NCBI GenBank assembly: GCA_963823555.1
Contig: CAWGMA010000002.1
Span: 448,001 to 512,000, forward strand
Source of the DNA: Candidatus Eiseniibacteriota bacterium
GTDB lineage: Bacteria; Eisenbacteria; RBG-16-71-46; CAVPCR01
DNA length: 64,000 nt
Direction of reading: 5' to 3'
A program made the translations under genes and the position numbers. How positions within the stretch are numbered: the first letter of the stretch is position 1; each line of letters starts with the position of its first letter. Shown piece by piece: positions 59,930 through 64,000 of the stretch. Below the pieces are notes generated by a model. It saw only the letters and a program-made list of their open reading frames with translations, made no database searches and had not been told where the DNA came from.

Positions 59930-60814
59930 ATGCTTGGCTCCCGGTCCCGCCGAGTCGTCATGATCCTCGTCCTCCTCCTCGCCACCTGCTCCGTGGCGTG
60001 GGCGGAGGGGGATGCGGCCGACGAACCAGCCGTCCCGGAAACCCGCTGGTTCGCCACCGAGCGGCTCAACATCTTCATCCCCTTCGTCATCTTCACCGGG
60101 CTCGTGGGTTCCTTCATCGCGCTCGCCCGACGCGGCTCCCAGCTCTTCGTGCGCCGCATCGCCGGGCTCGACGCCATCGACGAGGCCATCGGCCGCGCCA
60201 CCGAGATGGGTCGTCCCATCCTCTACTCACCCGGCCTCGACGAGATGGATCAGCCGGGCACCGTGGCCTCGATCAATATCCTGGGCCAGGTCGCCGAGAA
60301 GGCGGCCACGTATGACTCGCGTGTCACCGTGCTCAACCGCGACCCGATCGTGATGAGTGTCGCCCAGGACGTGGTCAGGAGCGGCTACCTGCGCGCCGGA
60401 CGCCCCGACCTCTTCCGTGAGGAGGATGTCTTCTACGTCACCTATAGCCAGTTCGGGTATGCAGCGGGGGTGGCCGGCTTCATGGTGCGCGAGCGGCCCG
60501 CAGCCAACTTCTTCCTCGGCCGTTTCTATGCCGAGTCGCTGGTGATGGCCGAGACCGGACAGACCACGGGCGCCATCCAGATCGCGGGCACCGACTCCGA
60601 TGCCCAGCTCCCCTTCTTCATCACCGCCTGTGACTACACGCTGATCGGGGAGGAGCTCTACGCCGCCTCGGTCTATCTGGCGCGGGAACCGCTGCTCCTC
60701 GGGAGCCTGAAGGCCCAGGACATGGCCAAGCTCCTGATCATCGTCTTCATCGTGCTGGGTGTGGTCGGCGGGTTCCTGGGCGTGTCCCTCGACTTCTGGA
60801 CGGCCGCCGGATAG
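59930..60814 (+). CDS. DUF6754-like membrane protein
   Basis: 'RRIAGLDAIDEAIGRATEMGRP', 'FYAESL', 'QLPFF...CDYTLIGEELYAAS.YL'. Start may be 59921. Confidence 0.8.
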   Translation: MLGSRSRRVVMILVLLLATCSVAWAEGDAADEPAVPETRWFATERLNIFIPFVIFTGLVGSFIALARRGSQLFVRRIAGLDAIDEAIGRATEMGRPILYSPGLDEMDQPGTVASINILGQVAEKAATYDSRVTVLNRDPIVMSVAQDVVRSGYLRAGRPDLFREEDVFYVTYSQFGYAAGVAGFMVRERPAANFFLGRFYAESLVMAETGQTTGAIQIAGTDSDAQLPFFITACDYTLIGEELYAASVYLAREPLLLGSLKAQDMAKLLIIVFIVLGVVGGFLGVSLDFWTAAG

Positions 60815-60830
60815 GGGAGGGCGAGGACGC

Positions 60831-61490
60831 ATGCTCCAGCGCACCGGACCCCTGGTCTTCGCCATCGTCTTCGGCGTCTTCATGGCGCTCCAGTACTTCA
60901 TCCCGCACCCCGCGATCGTCCGCTTCTACAACCTGGTCCTCGACTGGAAGCAGGTCGTCTTCGGCTGCACGCTCACCCTCGGCATCTTCAGCCTCCTCCG
61001 CTTCCATGGCCGCAAGGTGGCGCGCCGGGACCGCGGCGCCTTCTTCAGCGGGGTCGCCCTGGTGTCGTGCCTGGCCACGGTCGCCTGCGGCATCTTCTTC
61101 GGCATCGAGACCGGACCCTATCGCTGGCTCTTCGATCGCGTGCAGGCCCCGATGCAGGCGACCCTGTTCTCGATGCTCGCCTTCTTCGTCGCCTCCGCTT
61201 CCTATCGGGCCTTTCGCGCCCGCTCGGTCCACGCCACGCTGCTCCTCGTGGCCGGCTGCATCGTGATGCTGGGACGGGTGCCGACGGGTGATCTCATCGG
61301 CTTCGACGTGGGCGGGGCGCGCTACTCGCTCGCCGGGCTCGCGAGCTGGCTCCTCGACATTCCGAATCTTGCGGCAAAGCGCGGAATCCTGATCGGGGTC
61401 GGCCTCGGCATGATCTCGACCTCGCTCCGCATCATCCTCGGCATCGAGCGCGCGTACCTCGGACAGTCGCGCCAGCAAGGTGGATCATGA
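60831..61490 (+). CDS. Uncharacterised multi-TM protein
   Basis: About 6 TM helices; 'LAFFVASASYRAFRAR', 'AAKRGILIG', 'LRIILGIER'. Confidence 0.8.
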   Translation: MLQRTGPLVFAIVFGVFMALQYFIPHPAIVRFYNLVLDWKQVVFGCTLTLGIFSLLRFHGRKVARRDRGAFFSGVALVSCLATVACGIFFGIETGPYRWLFDRVQAPMQATLFSMLAFFVASASYRAFRARSVHATLLLVAGCIVMLGRVPTGDLIGFDVGGARYSLAGLASWLLDIPNLAAKRGILIGVGLGMISTSLRIILGIERAYLGQSRQQGGS

Positions 61491-62377
61491 ACGGCGGCGG
61501 CAGAGAGCACGGCTGGGTCGAGCGCCTGGTGGCCTTCGATCGCCGCTGGATCTATCTCTTGATGGCGATCGCGGTCGCCTTGCCCATGCTCTTGCCGCTC
61601 AAGCTCCCGATCGTGGTCTCGAAGGAGGTCGCGGCCTTTCATCGCGAGATCGAGGCCTTGCAGCCTGGGGACGAGGCGTTGCTCTCGATCGACTATGAGC
61701 CCGATGTCATGGCCGAGCTCGATCCCATGACCGAAGCCGTTCTCGACCGCCTGTTCGCCAAGGGCGTCAAGGTCATCTGCATGACCAACTACGCGGGTGG
61801 AGTCGGGGTCGCCCAGCGCCAGCTCGAGGCGGCGGCCACACGTTATGGCAAGGTCGACGGCACCGATTATGTCTTCCTCGGTTACAACCCGGACTGGTCG
61901 GGCACCATGCTCCGTCTGGGGGAGAGCATCCGCGCCACCTTTCCGGTCGATCAGTTCGGGCACCCGACCAAGGACCTTCCGGTGCTGGCGGCGTGCAATG
62001 CCTACAAGGACATCGAGCTCCTGGTCTCGATCTCGGGGAGCGCGCTCTCCGAATACTGGGCGGCCTACGCCGGGGCGCGCTACGGGCAGCGCATGGTGTC
62101 GGGGAACACGGCGATCCAGGCCATCTTCATCTATCCCTTCTTCCAGTCCGGACAGATCAAGGGTTTCCTCGGCGGGCTCAAGGGGGCGGCGGAGTACGAG
62201 ACCTTGATCGAGCGCCCGGCCTTCGGTGTCCGCGGCATGGGCTCGCAGTCGGCGGGGCACATCCTCATCGTCGCCGCCGTCATCCTCGGCAATGTCGGCT
62301 ACTTCGCCATGCGGAAGCGGGGCACCGCGACGAGCGGCAACCGTCTCAAGAGCCTCGATCCGGAGGGCCGCTCATGA
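61487..62377 (+). CDS. Uncharacterised membrane-anchored protein
   Basis: N- and C-terminal TM helices; 'YVFLGY', 'YPFFQSGQI.G.LGGLKGAAEYE'; ATGA overlap. Confidence 0.8.
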   Translation: MNGGGREHGWVERLVAFDRRWIYLLMAIAVALPMLLPLKLPIVVSKEVAAFHREIEALQPGDEALLSIDYEPDVMAELDPMTEAVLDRLFAKGVKVICMTNYAGGVGVAQRQLEAAATRYGKVDGTDYVFLGYNPDWSGTMLRLGESIRATFPVDQFGHPTKDLPVLAACNAYKDIELLVSISGSALSEYWAAYAGARYGQRMVSGNTAIQAIFIYPFFQSGQIKGFLGGLKGAAEYETLIERPAFGVRGMGSQSAGHILIVAAVILGNVGYFAMRKRGTATSGNRLKSLDPEGRS

Positions 62378-63003
62378 GCGCCGACGTGAGCATCTGGATC
62401 ACCGCTCTCCTCACGCTCGCCATCTTCTCCTTTCTCTACAAGGAGAACCCCGTCTTCCGCTTCGCCGAGCATCTCCTCGTCGGCGTGTCAGCCGGGTACT
62501 ACGTCGTCCAGTACTTCTACTCGGGCGTGATCAAGAAGCTCGTGGTCCCGGTGGGGCAGGACTTCGGCGCCAACTGGCCGCTCATCTTCGGCGGTGTCCT
62601 CGGCGTTCTCATGTTCACGCGTCTGTCGCGCCGCTTCGGCTGGGCGGCGCGTTACCCGATCGCCTTCTACGTCGCCGCGGGTGCCGGCTACTTCATCCCC
62701 TCGATTCTCGATGCCAACATCCTGAAGCAGGTGGGGGGTACGCTGACCGCCCCCGCGGCGGCGACGAGCCCGTGGGCCATGGTCTCGGCCTTCATCCTGG
62801 TGGCCGGCGTGATCTCGAGCCTCATCTACTTCTACTTCTCGGTCGAGCACCGGGGCCCCGTGGGCACGGCATCGCGGATCGGCATCCTGTTCCTGATGCT
62901 CGGCTTCGGTGCCAGCTTCGGCTACACGGTGATGGGGCGTATCACGCTCCTGATCGGCCGCTTCCAGTTCCTGTTCCACGACTGGCTGGGGTTGATCCAG
63001 TAG
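62374..63003 (+). CDS. Uncharacterised multi-TM protein
   Basis: 'TLAIFSFLYKENP.FR.AEHLLVG', 'FGASFGYTVMGR'; ATGA overlap. Confidence 0.8.
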   Translation: MSADVSIWITALLTLAIFSFLYKENPVFRFAEHLLVGVSAGYYVVQYFYSGVIKKLVVPVGQDFGANWPLIFGGVLGVLMFTRLSRRFGWAARYPIAFYVAAGAGYFIPSILDANILKQVGGTLTAPAAATSPWAMVSAFILVAGVISSLIYFYFSVEHRGPVGTASRIGILFLMLGFGASFGYTVMGRITLLIGRFQFLFHDWLGLIQ

Positions 63004-63013
63004 GCGCCGCGCC

Positions 63014-63896
63014 ATGAGCCTAGCCCAGAAGATCCGAGTCGCCCGCGAGCTCTTCGCCTACCACCGTTCGCGCTCCGCCGCCTTCGCCGAGCACGATTAC
63101 CACGATGTCTATGGGGCCACCCGCGAGCGTCTGGAGCGCGCGCTCGGCAGGCCGGTCGCGGGGATGCGTGTTCTCGATATCGGCTGCGGGCAGCGCACCC
63201 CGGCGAGCCTCCTCTTCGCCGCCGCCGGGAACACGGTTGCCGGCATCGACACCGAGCTCATCACGCCCGGCCCGGGACCGATCTCCTTCCTGCGCGTGTG
63301 GCGGGCGAACGGCCTCGAGCGCGCGGCGAAGACCCTGGTGCGGCAGATCCTCTTCGATCCCGCCTATGATCGCCGTCTCTCCGAGCTCGCCGGCAAGCGC
63401 CTCTCGCGCCGCGCGCTCGATCTACGCTGCCTCTCGGTCGCCGCTCTGCCCTTCGATGACGCCAGCTTCGATGTCGTGATCTCGAACGCGGTCTTCGAGC
63501 ATCTGCCGGACGTGCCGGCGGCACTCGCCCAGGTCGCGCGCGTGCTCAAGCCGGGCGGGGTCTGCCACATCGGGATCCACCTCTTCCCGAGCCTCTCCGG
63601 CGGTCACCACATGGCGTGGGCCTTTCCCGACGAATCGGTGCCGGAGGGGATCCCGCCCTGGGATCACCTGCGCGAGAACCGCTTTCCCGCGCATGTCTAT
63701 CTCAACCGGCTCAGGGAGAGCGACTACCAGGCGGCGTTCGCCGCCGCGCCCGCGCTCGAGCTCCTCGAGTGGGTGACGGCGCGCACCGAGGGCGAGTCGC
63801 TCCTGACGCCCGAGATCGAGCGCGAGCTCGCCGAGTCGCTACACGCGGGAGGATCTCCTCAAGCGCTCGGTGATCGCGATCGCCCGCCGGCGGTAG
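63014..63896 (+). CDS. Class I SAM-dependent methyltransferase (frameshift at ~63836; absent from the ORF track)
   Basis: 'RVLDIGCG', 'LPFDDASFDVV', 'VFEHL', 'RVLKPGG'. The likely true end 'YTREDLLKRSVIAIARRR*' is in a shifted frame. Confidence 0.85.
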
Positions 63897-64000
63897 GGGG
63901 TGCGCCACTATTCTGGTGCAGTCGCACGGGGCGATTGCCCGATCGCTCGTCATCGTCTATGCTTCCGCTGAATGCCTCGCCCGACCAGCTTTCGGTCCGC

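Overview
High-GC bacterial window. Six proteins with a FlgD-Ig/T9SS-like C-terminal domain and two ending in a 'TWGxIK' tail suggest an FCB-related candidate lineage such as Eisenbacteria, Krumholzibacteriota or Latescibacterota (inference). The main feature is a ~12.4 kb minus-strand operon (55225->42842) that looks like a cytochrome-nanowire/extracellular electron transfer system. It encodes an NHL beta-propeller, a hexaheme OmcS-like cytochrome hidden by about 6 frameshifts, a second 6-7-heme cytochrome, an outer-membrane beta-barrel, two paralogous lipoproteins, a periplasmic protein, a 42-heme cytochrome and a GT-C/TPR membrane protein. Upstream lie a sigma54 box, an IHF site and palindromic sites. 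Other content: small c-type cytochromes, an ECF sigma/anti-sigma pair with twin promoters, TetR plus an MBL-fold protein, a permuted flavoprotein-ferredoxin membrane fusion, PutP, an apparently inactive C25 peptidase, a PhoX-like protein, Tat-signal TldD with PmbA behind two tiny ORFs, a SpoIIE phosphatase, PepN, an M16 pair, AhpC, an Eis-like GNAT and an uncharacterised four-gene membrane operon. Many single-base frameshifts probably reflect consensus errors. All calls come from reading motifs by eye; no searches were run. No rRNA, tRNA, CRISPR array or transposase was recognised.
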